Shown piece by piece: positions 13,956-26,710 of a stretch of 64,000 nt of DNA (position 1 is the stretch's first letter; every line of letters begins with the position of its first letter). The DNA lies in contig NC_087436.1 in assembly GCF_036321535.1 (NCBI RefSeq), positions 50,904,001-50,968,000 of the forward strand. The letters are read 5' to 3'. A model generated the notes under the pieces. That model had not been told where the DNA came from, did not search any database, and saw only the letters and a program-made list of their open reading frames with translations. The position numbers and the translations under genes were made by a program. Origin of the DNA: Camelus dromedarius. Lineage: Eukaryota.

Positions 13956-16900
13956 AATTGACCTAAATTTTGGATAATATTTTCACCTTAACGTTTACAT
14001 TTTACGTTTTTCATTTGCCTATTTTGTTTCATGGACCTATGAATACACACACTTAAGACTATAGGAAAGCAGCTACTTATTTATCTGATATTTTTACTAT
14101 ACTTGTTTCAAATTCTGGGAGAGAAGAGTCTAATCCCAGTCATATGAGTTGATCCGAAGGAGGTCAGACGTTTTTGTTAAACATGATCACATTTTAATTT
14201 TTGCATCTTCACATCTAAGAATGTACCAATTTTTATCCAAACTCATGCTCACTCTCAGCAGTTTTCTCCTGTATGAAAACACAAAACCCTGGATGCAAGT
14301 TGAAGCAGAAAACCGTAAGCCAAAAGAATACTCTTTTTTTGCGAGGTGGTAACTCATGAAGAGAATTTTAATGTTTCAATGGTAATCTTATCAGTTAGGG
14401 AGGTTGTGCCAGTGTGATATATAATTTATAAACTTACCTCATAGAACAGAAGTTTAAGGATTATGTTGATATCTGTCCCTTTTAAAGTGTTGCAGTTCAT
14501 CCTAATTAGCTTTTTATAGCCAATTTTCTATAAAAGTGTCTCAGTTTTAATGTCTGAAATGGAATGGTCCTCATTTGTGATTGAGTGAAACTTTTCAGCT
14601 GTTGTTCTCCATGGTGGCTTTCCTCCTCCCAGCTGTTCGTTCTAATACTCTTGCTTAATCTATTCCCTCAAACCACATTCAAAGAACTAACAGGAATAAT
14701 TATTCTTTCTGAACTCATGAGCATCAGCGGTACCTGGTTGGGAGCTGGTGTACAAGTAGGATTATTTATTGATGGTTTTTGTTGGTGATGGCTTTTATCT
14801 GCTGCTTTAGCACGAGTGTCCTCTCATGCATTGGCCCGGAATTGGACTTGTCCTTCTTAATTCTTCCCTGGGACTTTCTGATATACTAGATGGGATCTGA
14901 GATGAAAGAAATCATAATTATGGTTGATTTTTGTTTGTTTGTTTTCAGTGTTGGACTTTCTTGACTGAGTACAGACAGGAAGCATTAGACTAACAAGTTT
15001 TCCCTCTTGCTTCTTTGATTTTAGAACAATCATCTTTAATCTGTGTATGAGAAGTAACATCTCTGTTCCATTTTCTCTGTTCCCACTCCCAGTCCTTTTC
15101 CTCATAGTCTGTCATACTGTTCTGAAGAACAGGGTACTTGCCTGAGTGCCACTTTTTAAGACACTCTGTTAAGCAGTCTTTTGGTGCAACTTTCAGAAAA
15201 ATATTGACTGAGAAATCTGTGCAGTAAGTTTTTTTTGTATTTAGATCCTTTCCTCTCTTCTCTTTCTCTTACCTCTTTAATTCTTCTAATATTCCAAAAT
15301 AATCTTGCCTCACCTTTCATTCTCCTACTTTATTCTGTTATATTATATTCTAAATAACCTATATTCCTAGGCCCACCCTTTTAAGCTGTGTCACACAGAC
15401 CTTGCTGCTTAGGTTGAGGACTGACTATCTGCATGAACAAATCTAAACTACCTGTTAGGTGACTGACTTTGCCAGTGTGACCTCTTGCTGGAACCTAGAA
15501 GGAGGCAGGGCTCTGGGCAGTCTTTACTAATCCCTTAGCTTATAGCCCCCTCTAGTGCTTTCATTTCTTCTTCACATATTTAATGAACATTAATAAGGAC
15601 TGGAAGCTTGGGGATGTCCTTGAGAGACTCAGATTCTTTAGGGGTCCATTTTAACTCCCCATGTGCAAGTAACTTGATTACAAGAATGAAGCGAAAAAAG
15701 CAGGATATGCTGGAGAGTCAGGTGTTGATGCTACCTGCTAGCCTGGGACAGTTTCTTGTTTGGTAAGCAGCACTGAGACATGATGGAGATCCAGGCTATG
15801 CTGAGCTTTTAGGATGGGGATAGGGTGGGTAAAGGAGGGGAATGAAGGTGAGATTACTAGCATAGTATATTATATACTAGTATGTCATATTTATATGCAT
15901 TATGTACTTTAATAGTCAGGCAGTCAGCATTGTTTGCCTGTCTACTGAACACCTGGTCTTGGGCCTGAGGTGGTTTTGTGTACCTTCTCGTGCATGTCTA
16001 ACAACATCTCCAGGCATCTCTAATTAATTTCCATTTAGGCAAGAGGAAGCAGAGACTGAGAAAGGTTAAGTATTTTTCCCAAGTTCTCAGGGCAATGAAT
16101 GGAGCAGATTTCTGCTTTTTAAACTATAATATTATATCCCTTCACAACTGAGATAAGGGAAATTATACAACTGTTGAGGTGTTTGGTTGAATTACAACAT
16201 CAATTTTCAGCAGTTAAGTAAAGTAGACTTCAGAGATTTTGCACATGAAAAAAGGCCTTGTTGGAATAGTAGAGAAAATGAACAAGACTAAAAGTGAGTT
16301 CTTTGAAAAGATCAACAAAATTGAAAAACCTTTAGCTAGACTGGCCAAGAAAAAAAAAGAGAAGACTCAAATTACTAAATCAGGAATGAAAGAGGGAAGA
16401 TTATTATTGACCTTATGGAAATAAAAAGGGAAATAAGGGAATAGTATAAGCAATTGTATGACAACAAGTCATATAAACTGGATAAAATGGACAAATTCCT
16501 AGAAAGATGCAAACTATGAAAACTGACTCAAGAAGAAATAGAAAACTGTAGGCTTATAACAACTAGAGACTGAGTTAGTAATAAAAAAACTTCCCTCTAC
16601 AAAAATGCTTCTCTAGTGAATTCTAAAATGACATTTAAGGAAGAATTAACAGAATCCTTCACAAATGCTTCCAGAAAATAGAAGAGGAGAAAACACTTCC
16701 TAATTCATTCTGTGAAGACATTTTTATCTTGATACTGAAACTGGACAAAGACATACCAAGAAAAGATAACTACAATTTAAAAAAAAAGCAAACTATAGAC
16801 CAGTATCCCTTGTCTTCAAAAAAATACTAGCAATCCAAATCCAGCAGCATAGAAAAAGGGTTTTACACCATAATGAAATGGAATTTATCCCAGGATTGCA

Positions 16901-17495
16901 AGACCAGCAAGATTCAACATATGAAAGTCAATCAATGTAAGGTACCATATTAACAGAATAAAGGAAAAATAACTGCATGATCATCTCAATAGATGCCACT
17001 TCTATTCAACATTGTACTGGAGATTTTAGCCAACATAATTAGGTAAGAAAATGAAATAAAAGGCATCCACATTGGAAAGGAAGAAGAAAAACTGTATCTG
17101 CAGATGAGACGATCTTATATATAGAAAACCACACACACACACAAAAAAACACCTAAAAACCTATTAGGACTAATGAATTAACTCAGCACCTTTGTAGGAT
17201 ATAAGATTAGTATACAAATATCAGTTGTATTTTAAGCAATAAACAATTTGAAAATGAAATTAAGTAAACAATCCTATTTATAGTAGTATCAAAAAGAATA
17301 AAATACTTTGGAATATATTTAACCAGAGAGATTTAAGACTTGCACACTGAAAACTATAAAACATTGTTGAAGGAAGTTAAAGTAATGGAAAGACATTCTG
17401 TGTTCATGGATTGTAAGACTTACTATTGTTAAGCTAGCAGAACTCCCCAAATTGAGCTACAGATTCAACACAATTTCTATCAAAATTCCTACTAC

Positions 17496-17563
17496 TGTAT
17501 ATATATGACTGAAACATTATGCTGTGCACCAGGAATCGACACACTATGACTATACTTCTGTAA
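17496..17563 (+). mobile_element. About 68-bp L1 3'-terminal insertion (young family)
   Basis: 14-bp TSD aaaattcctactac at 17482-17495 and 17564-17577; insert matches the reverse complement of about 47238-47305. Confidence 0.85.
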
Positions 17564-18428
17564 AAAATTCCTACTACCATTTTTGGAGAAATGGAAAAAG
17601 TGATCCTGAAGTTTATATGGAAATGCAAGGCAGCCAGAATAGTCAAAATAATCTTGAAAAAGAAGAACAAATTTGGAAGACTCACACTTACTGCTTTTAA
17701 AACTTATGACAAAGTTATAGTGATCAGGGCAGAGTGGTACTGACATAAGGACAAACATATGGATTAATTGAATAGAATTGAGAGTCCAGAAATAAACACA
17801 TACATCTATGGTCAACTGACTTTCTACAAGGGTGCTAAGACAATAAAATGGACAAAGAATAGTGTTTTGAACAAATGGTGCTAGAACAACTGGATATCCA
17901 CATGTCAAAGGATGAATTTGGACCTCACACCTCACACCATATACAAAAATTAACCTAAAATGTAAAAGCTAAAACTATAGAACTCTTAGAAGAAAACATA
18001 GGTGTAAATTTTTGTGAATTGTGATTAGGTAACATTTTCTTTGATATGACACCAAAGCATAAGCAACCAAAGAAAAAAAATGGAATTTATCAAAATTAAA
18101 AACATTTGTGTGTCAAAGGACATTATCACAAAAGCAAAAGGATAATCTATAGAATGGGAGAAAAATTTGTAATCCCTATTTAATAGGGATCTAATGTCCA
18201 GAATATATCAAAAACTCTTACAACTCAGTAATGAAAAAGGCAACCCTATTTAAAGATAGGTAAAAGATTTGAACAGACATTTCTCCGAAGAAAATGACCA
18301 ATAAGTACATGAAAAGATGCACATCATTAGTCACTAGGAAAATGGAAATCAAAACCATATGACATACCACTCATATCCACCGGTATATCTAGAATTAAAA
18401 AAAAAAGAAAATAACAAGTTTTGTTAAG

Positions 18429-18920
18429 TGTATTGGTCAGCATCCTCCAGAGAAACAGAACCGATGTGATATATACAGACATATAAAAGAGATTTATTAT
18501 AGGAATTGGCTCATATGATTATAGAGGCCGAGATGTCTTACAGTCTGCTATCTAGAGGAAGGAAAACAGGAAAGCCGGTGGTGTAATTCAGTTTGAGTCT
18601 GGAGGCCTGAAAATTGAGATGTCATTGGTGTAAGTCCTGGAGTTCCAAAGCCCAAGAACCAGGAGCTCCAGTGTCCAAGGGCAGGATAAGATGTGTCCCA
18701 GCTCTAAAGAAGAGAGAACTTGCCCTTTCTCTGCCCTTTTGTTCTATTCAGGCCATCAGCCGATTGGATGCTGCCCACTGTCATTAGTGAGGATGGACCG
18801 TCTTTACTCAGTCTATTGAATCACTAAAAGCATCCTGACAGACACATCCAGAATAGTGTTTACCAGCTGTTTACGCATCCCTTAGTCCAGTCAAGTTCAT
18901 ATATAAAGTTAACCATCACA
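18429..18920 (-). mobile_element. MLT2-type (ERVL) solo LTR inside L1
   Basis: Minus strand starts TGTGATGGTTAAC and ends ...GACCAATACA; 5-bp TSD ttaag/gtaag; the L1 resumes on both sides. Confidence 0.88.
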
Positions 18921-20717
18921 GTAAGGATGTGGAGAAACTGGAACCCTCATATGCTGCTGGTGGGAATGTCAAATGGTACAGCTGCTGTGGAAAAGTTTGT
19001 GGTTTTCTCAAAAAGTTAGATAGAGTTACCGGAGGACACACAAATTCTACTCTTGGGTATATAGGAAATTGAAAATTGAAAACATGTTCAAACAAAAACT
19101 TGTGCACAAATGTTCATAATAGCCAAAGAGTTAATCCAAATGTTTATCAACCAATGAGTGGATGAACAAAATGTGGCATATCCATACAAGGAAATATTAT
19201 CAGCAATAAAAAGGTTTGAAATACTGGTGCACACTACAACCTGGATGAACCTTGAAAACTTGAGGCTAACTGAAGGAAGTCAGTCACAAAAGGCCACATA
19301 TTGTATATTCCACTTACATGAAATGTCCAGAGGAGGCAAATCCATAGAGACAGAAAGTAATTGAGTGGTTTCCAGAAGCAGAGGAGAGGGGAGAATGAGG
19401 AGGCACTGTTCACTGATTTTTTGGGGGGATGATGAAAACATTCTGGAATTAAGTAGTGGAGGGAGATGCACAATCTGTGTCTATACTAAAAACCAATGAG
19501 TTGTAAACTGTAAAAGGGTGAGTTGTGTGGTATGAATTATATCCAATTAAAAAAATGGCTTTATTGGATGATTCTTTTTAAAAATTTTAGTCATTGTTTA
19601 TTAGTACTATTTACAGAAATACAGTACTATACATCTCTGCAGCTAGATTTTTCACTGAATATTACTTCATAGAAATCCAAACCAAGTCACCCTGTTTTGC
19701 TATAATTCATCCCTTTTAATGGCTGCATAATATTTTATGAAATTCAAAAAAATTTTATTTTGAAAATTGATTCACTCATTCTTCTGATTCTTATTGTCAG
19801 GATAATTTTAAGTACATAAAGTATATAAATACCACTGTAGCAGGAGAACTTATCACACGGCTCCCCTGGATCCAAGGGTAGAGGGTGTGATTCTGAGCGT
19901 GTAGCTGAGCTACAGCTCTGTCGCTCTGGCAGAAGTGGATGAGGGGCTTCTGTAGACAGCCAGCAACCTTCATCACAGTGGCAGAGCTGGAATTGGAACC
20001 TAGGTCTTGGTGTCCTGGTCCAATTTCTTTTTCCCATACCATCTGTTTCTCTAAGGAGACTGATTTCCTAAGTATAATCAAGCAAGCTGCTGAAAATAGG
20101 CATATTTTTGAAACTAAAATAAGATTTGTCTGCTAACAGCAGGATTGAGTAACCTAGAAAATGACTAAGCATTTATCCTTCTTGAATGTAGAGATTGCCC
20201 TCTTTAGGAAAGGATGCATGAGTATATAAAATAGGTACAGTTTTTAACGGGAAAGAGGCAGTGCCAGAGATTTTTCTCCAGGGAAGTAGGATTATACATT
20301 TTCCCTTTAAGTCGGAGAGCGGGCAGTGGGCTTCTGCATTTTTATGGACAAAAGTGTCATTCATTAGCCCTGACTGGCACCCACTGGTTTGGGTATCCCA
20401 GATCCACATAATAGGCACGGCACGGTGCACCTGTCAGAGCCCGGAGCACTGAAGAGCCCTGGTTATGACTTTCACACTGAGTTCAGGGGTGGTAGGCTAC
20501 TAGTTAGAGCTCACCTACTGCTCCTTTCCTTTCATTTCTAGCCAGGGTTAGGGGTCCTGCTTGCATTTAAAAAATTTTTTTTAAGTTTAAAAATTCTGCA
20601 GGATTACTAATGTTTACCTGTTAAACCAGAAAAGGTAAATTACAGCAAGGAAATTTTAGAATAGATATACAGAAATAGATAAATTTTGCAGGTAGTTCTG
20701 AGAATTGGAATCATTTA

Positions 20718-20930
20718 GGGATTGAAAACTCAAATGTTTTTATGGGCCAGGTAGGTAATTTAAATGGATAAGAGTTTGAATGTTGGGGATTGTGGCAGAA
20801 AAGAGCATACAGTCTCTGACTTAAGACATTAAACAACACCATCAACAATAAGAAACAAAAAACACCTTCTCTGTGAGCCAGTTAAACCCTGAGTGGGGCT
20901 GAGTGCAGCCGGGATGCCACCAGTTTATGT
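20718..20930 (+). mobile_element. hAT-Charlie MITE (MER117-like)
   Basis: agggattgaaaactcaaatg...gggccaggtaggtaatttaaatg resembles the recalled MER117 5' end. Confidence 0.45.
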
Positions 20931-21247
20931 TAGCCTCTTGACTGGGACATATTATAGCAATATTAAACTAGGACTTTGAAATGTGTTGTATGTTATTACC
21001 AAAAGAGACAACACAAGAAGCGAAGAAATTAATTTGAACATAAAATGTTCTTAGCTCTTGTATTTAAAGAAAAAACTGGAGATCATTCAAAAGCCTCATA
21101 ATTATTGGAGAATAACTAATCGACCAATGACATAACTATATAGCCATTTAAAAACAGATATATAGAAAATGTAGGCACATTGCATGGAAATGTACATATA
21201 TGAAAATTAAGCGAGCACAGAATACAAAATTATAACTTTATATGACT

Positions 21248-22519
21248 TATATAAAAATAAATTCAAAATGGATTAAAGACCTAAATGTAAGACTGAATAC
21301 TCTAAAATTCCTAGAGGAAAACATAGGCAGAACACTCTTTGACATAAACCACAGCCATATATATTTTTTGACATGTCTCCTAGAGTTATGGAGATAAAAG
21401 CAAAAATAAGTAAATAAGACCTGACTAAACTTAAAAGCTTCTGCACAGCAAAGGAAACCACAAACAAAACAAAAAGACAACCTCCAGAATGGGAGAAAAT
21501 ATTTGCAAATGATATTACTGACAAGGGATTAATTTCCAAAATATACCAACAGCTCATACAGCTTAATCTCAAAAAACCAAGCAACTCAATCAAAAAATGG
21601 GCAGAAGACCTAAACAGACATTTCTCCAAATAAGACATCCAGATGGCCACCAGGCCCATGAAAGGATGCTAAATATTGCTAATTATTAGGGAAAGGCAAA
21701 TCAAAACTACAATGAGGTATCACCTCACACCAGTCAGAATGGCCATCATTAAAAAGTCTACAAGTAATGAAAGCTGGAGAGGGTGTGGAGAAAAGGGAAC
21801 CCTCCTACACTGTTGGTAGGAATGTAAATTGGTGCAGCCACTATGGAGAACAGTATGGAGTTTCCTTAAAAAACTAAAATAGAGTTACATATGATCCAGC
21901 AATCCTACTCCTGGGCATATATCCAGAAAAGATGAAAACTCTAATTTGAAAAGATACATGCACCCCAATGTTCACGGCAGCACTATTTACAATAGCCAAG
22001 ACATAGAAACAACCTAAATGTCCATCAACAGATAAATGGATAAGGAAAATGTAGTGTATACATACAATGGAATATTACTCAGCCATAAAAATGAAATAAT
22101 GCCATTTGCAGCAATATGGATGGACCTAGAGATTATCATATTAAGTGAAGTTAAGTCAAAAACAAATATCATATGATATCACTTATATGTGAAGTCTAAA
22201 AAAAAGATACAAATGGATTTATTTACAAACCAGAAATAGACTCACAGACAGAGAAAACAAACTGTGGGTACCAAAGTGGAAAGGAGTTGGGGATAACTTA
22301 GGAGTTTGGGATTAACATATACACACTACTATATATGAAGTAGAGAATCAACAAGGACCTACTGTATAGCACAGGGAACTATATTCAGTACTTTGTAATA
22401 ATTTAAAATAGAAAGGAATCTGAAAAAGAATATATTTATATACGTATAACTGAATCACTTTACTGCACACTTGAACCTAATACAGCATTGTAAGTCAACT
22501 GCAATTCAATAAAAAAAAA
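21248..22519 (+). mobile_element. 5'-truncated artiodactyl-type L1 (ORF2 C-terminus, 3'UTR, polyA)
   Basis: Well-preserved L1 3' sequence ending ttcaataaaaaaaaa. Confidence 0.92.
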
Positions 22520-23774
22520 TTAGAAAAATCTCTCTGAGTTACAATATATGTTAACATAAAGATCGGGAAAGAATTTGGAGCATTGTAAATAACCTGCTGC
22601 TCATCAGATTTTTTTCCTCTGAAAAGACACTTAAATTCACTGTGAAGAAAACACAGGCCACCTCTACCAAGGCAGTCTGTAAAACACCTAGTCATCCTTT
22701 GGATAAGACCCAGTCAGCATGAGAATGACTGGTTCAGTAGGTATGTCTTTGCCCTGGACGTTTTCATTGTTGCCTGAAAGAGATGACTTAATTTCCTACT
22801 TGGGTAGACACTGATATTTTGTTTCTCACCTCAAAATTCTGTTTTTTACTTTTCTCCTATTCACCCTATTTTATAAATCTGAATCCAAGGAAAGTGATTT
22901 GAGGCCCAAACTTCCTGAGTGATGTCCCTCCCTCCATTCCACTCCCGAGTCCATGCTGAACCAAGTCTCACAGCAGAATGCTGCAGGTTCTTTGGCTTCT
23001 TTGGTGTATCAGGAATGGCCCAGACTCGGAGCTACTGCGGGTCCTGGGAGTTCCAGAACTGTGGGTCAGCACCCACAGTGGAGTGTCTATGGTGGTTGCC
23101 GTTCACTGAGCATTGCTTGGCCTGTGAGGGTTGGGCCAGCAGCTTCTGGAATGTCTGGTGACCAGAATGCCTCTCCCCATGTTGTTCCTCGTTGGTGCGA
23201 TGAGGGCTTCCCCATCTTCTCCTCTGAGATCCCTTCACGCACAGTCCATAAGGCCATGGCTGATTTTTCAAGAGTCTCAGCCTGAGAACAGAGACTTCTT
23301 GTCGTTCAGTGCCTTGGGGGAGTGTGCTGCAGGCCCAGGGACTGGGGCTGGCTTGATTTTGTGCCCACAGGTCAGTTTTAGCTCTGTTGGTGGGAGCATT
23401 GTTTGGAAGCTCAGGTGATTTAAATAAGTTCAGGTGTTATCAGATTTTTAAAAGAAACAGAAAGGTTACGTTCCATGCTGATGTGAGGCGCAATCTCCAG
23501 TGGGCATGGATTGATAATCGGTGCTGCCTTCAGATCTGTTTCCACTGAGATTTCACTTGGCTGCTTCATTTTCCCTGAACTTTCCAAAAGCTGCTCTGCA
23601 GCACTGATTTGGTGCAGTAAACTCAGCAAACATGTGAACGCTTCGTCAAGGGGCTTGATTTCTCCGTGCCTAGCTGTCCAGGCCTAGAAGTAGATAAATC
23701 TCTTTCTTCTTTAGTTTAGTTCAGACAAGATTGGTATGTTTATAAGGAAAGTGGTTAGAAATCCTGGGTCTAAT

Positions 23775-24228
23775 TGTTACTGACCCGGGTCCTTGGATTC
23801 TTTAATCAATAGAAATTGATAAGAAGCCAGAGGAGAAATTCAGGCAAGGCTTTGCTGGGACTAGTGCTGCAGCCGGAGGGAGTGAAAACAAGAAACAGGT
23901 GCCTTTGCTCACTCCCCGAGGGGGTGGGGCCAGGTGCTTCCTTAAATGGGGTGAGGGTGGGGGCGGGTCAGTGAGTCGGGCAGGAGGTACAACTTAGGTG
24001 GTGGTGCTGTGTGCAGGGGTGACGCGCAGCGCCCTGCTTGTGCTCCTGGCACCTCAGACACGGCTGTTGGTTTGTAGCCTTTTTGTATCTTTGTTCATAA
24101 TTGCCCCAACTGTGCTAGAGTGCAGTTATTTTCAGTCTCTTGTAATTTCTTTGTATTCTGTTGCTCAAGGAGATGTTTGTCTAGGTACAAGGACTCTGGT
24201 AAAGGGTCCCAGGTCCCAGCCCATCTCA
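23775..24228 (-). mobile_element. ERV1-class solo LTR
   Basis: TG...CA termini, 454 bp, 4-bp TSD taat/tagt; GC box, TATA-like TTTAA and ATTAAA on the minus strand. Confidence 0.8.
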
Positions 24229-24519
24229 TAGTTGCAGACTAACTTGACTGTCATAGATCATAGTTTTTAGGCCTATTTTTCTATGTTATTCCCTCTGACT
24301 CAGTGTTTGTTAGACTAATCTATTCAGATAGTGTCCTGTGGTCGTTTTGAGTTGGTGCCCTGGCTGCTCTGTGACAGTCTTTCGAGTGTTTTTTGCCTAT
24401 CATCACCGCTATGGTCCCAGTGGTCTGGTGTCTGAAAGAGAAAGGCATTTCTCTACCTGCTCACAGCTGGCGTCGTCTATTTGTTGGAAGATGGTAAGAG
24501 CTTTCTAAGTGGCCTTCGT

Positions 24520-25080
24520 AAATCCACTCTAGCCCCTGACTCCTTTTCGTGGTCAGAGTCGCCTGTTGGAAATGCAAATCTGGCCACTTCTGCCTTTCAC
24601 TGAAAAGCTCTCTGTGACTTCCAGTTGCCTTTAGGCTCCATCCCAAACCTTCCCAGGTCGGCCCCTGCTTCCCACCAGCCTTGCTTCCTTTGCTGCTGCG
24701 TTTCTGAGCTCGGGCCCCGTTGGCCTTCTTTCAGTTCTCCGCTGTGCGCCCTCCTCTCGCCACACGCCATCCTCTCTGGCTGCAAGGTTCTGCCCTCTCT
24801 TCTTTTCTATCCTCTACTTTGCGGCCATTCCTCACCCCTCAGCTAAGCCCGTTTGCCCTGCTATCCAGCTCCTAACCTTGAGCACCTCTCCTTCTTAGCA
24901 GTTATCACTGTTTAAAATTTACATATATTTGTGTGATTCTTTGATTAAGGCCTGTCTTCTACACAAGCCAGTAAGCTCCACGAGGGTGGGCTGTCTTTTT
25001 TTGCTGGGAGTGGGGCTTAACCATTACAAGCATGCAACACACATGTAGGTACTTACTCAGTATTTATCGAATGGTTGTGA
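24520..25080 (+). mobile_element. L2 3' end
   Basis: taagctccacgagggtggg...actcagtatttatcgaatgg L2 tail motif. Confidence 0.6.
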
Positions 25081-25906
25081 TTTCTTCTTGCCTGACCCTT
25101 CTAGGGCTTTACAGCTCTGCCTCATGTAAGCCGTAACTTCATCTGTGATTTGCTCAGTAGCCAGCCCTTCTCTGCCTAAAGGTTCTGCCTTCACTGGAGA
25201 TTTTCTAGCTTTACAAGAAAGCACCTGGGCTTAGTCTCTGTGGCCATGTCTGCAGACTTCTTTTTCCTCCTTTGTGAAAATCCAGGCCCTACTCTAAGTC
25301 CGTCCTTTTTTCTGACTGGGGATTCCTTACAGCTGGGATCGCCTCTCCAGGTTCTTTTTGGTGATCTCTCCTGATGAGCCCAATGACCCCTTATTTGTGA
25401 GCCTCTTCTAACTACAGCTCCGAGCTGAGAGCATGTGATGCCCAGTGTCAGTAGCGGCAGCAATAAAGGAGACTGATTTTTCAATGATGATGACAGTAAT
25501 TAAGGGTCCTGCATGAAGTTCTTTTGTGCCTCTGAAACAAGAACTAAATTTACTTGTCTCTCTGCTGCAATTTACCATCTGTTCTGCTATAAGGAAGGAA
25601 TTGCATTCATAAGAAATGTTACATTATCAAAAGTCATGCTATCAAAAGTCATGGTATAAAAGCAATTGCTTGACTAGGGAAAAGGGGTTAGGGATTTGAC
25701 AATATCAGAGTCATGATGTTCTTTTCCTATAGATTTTTTTCTAATAAAACATTTCCTTAACAGCTGTGAACACATTAGTCAAACCCATCACTGCCAAGGA
25801 CATACAGCTTTTGTTCTGGAATCGGTATTTGTTTTCAGTCATTGCCTACACGATCAGAGAACCTTCTACTCCATCCTATTTCTGTGATTACCCATTGTTA
25901 GAATAA

Positions 25907-26329
<423 letters not shown>

Positions 26330-26590
26330 TGAGAGAGCACAGAGCTGGAGGGGTCAGATCAACCCAAGCAGAGCTCCAGGGAGATGAGGCTCTCTGGCTA
26401 GGACCTGCCACTACCCCAGCCGCCTTCGCTTTTTCTAGGAACCTCACGAGTTCTGTGCTGTGCAGTTACAAAAGCAGGTGAACGGAGGGAAAGTTTCATG
26501 CACGAAGATCTCAGCCCTGTATCTACCAACTGTTCCTTAGAATTTTGAAGAGGACTTTCCAGGGCAAAAGGAGCATTTACATAAGTACCT

Positions 26591-26710
26591 CTTTTGTGGT
26601 GGGAGGTAATTAGGTGTATTTAGTTTTTAAATGGAGGTATGGGGGATTGAACCCCGGACCTCATGCATGCAAGGCATGCACTCCACCACTGAGCTATACC
26701 CTTCTCCCCC
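26591..26710 (-). mobile_element. tRNA-derived camelid SINE (vic-1-like)
   Basis: Minus strand GGGTATAGCTCAGTGG (A box) ... GGTTCAATCCC (B box), then tail acctaattacctccc-An. Confidence 0.85.

Larger units (their letters stand above)
16268..19555 (+). mobile_element. L1M ORF2 and 3'UTR with two nested insertions
   Basis: [18 protein letters not shown] and further ORF2 motifs; 3' end with A-tail at about 19550. Confidence 0.9.

Noticed and set aside
25625..25660. 15-bp tandem duplication tatcaaaagtcatg
   Set aside because: Ordinary slippage duplication with no further structure.
26630..26705. Functional tRNA gene (also 36000-36070)
   Set aside because: A and B boxes are present, but the acceptor stem is not intact and SINE tails follow; these are tRNA-derived SINEs.
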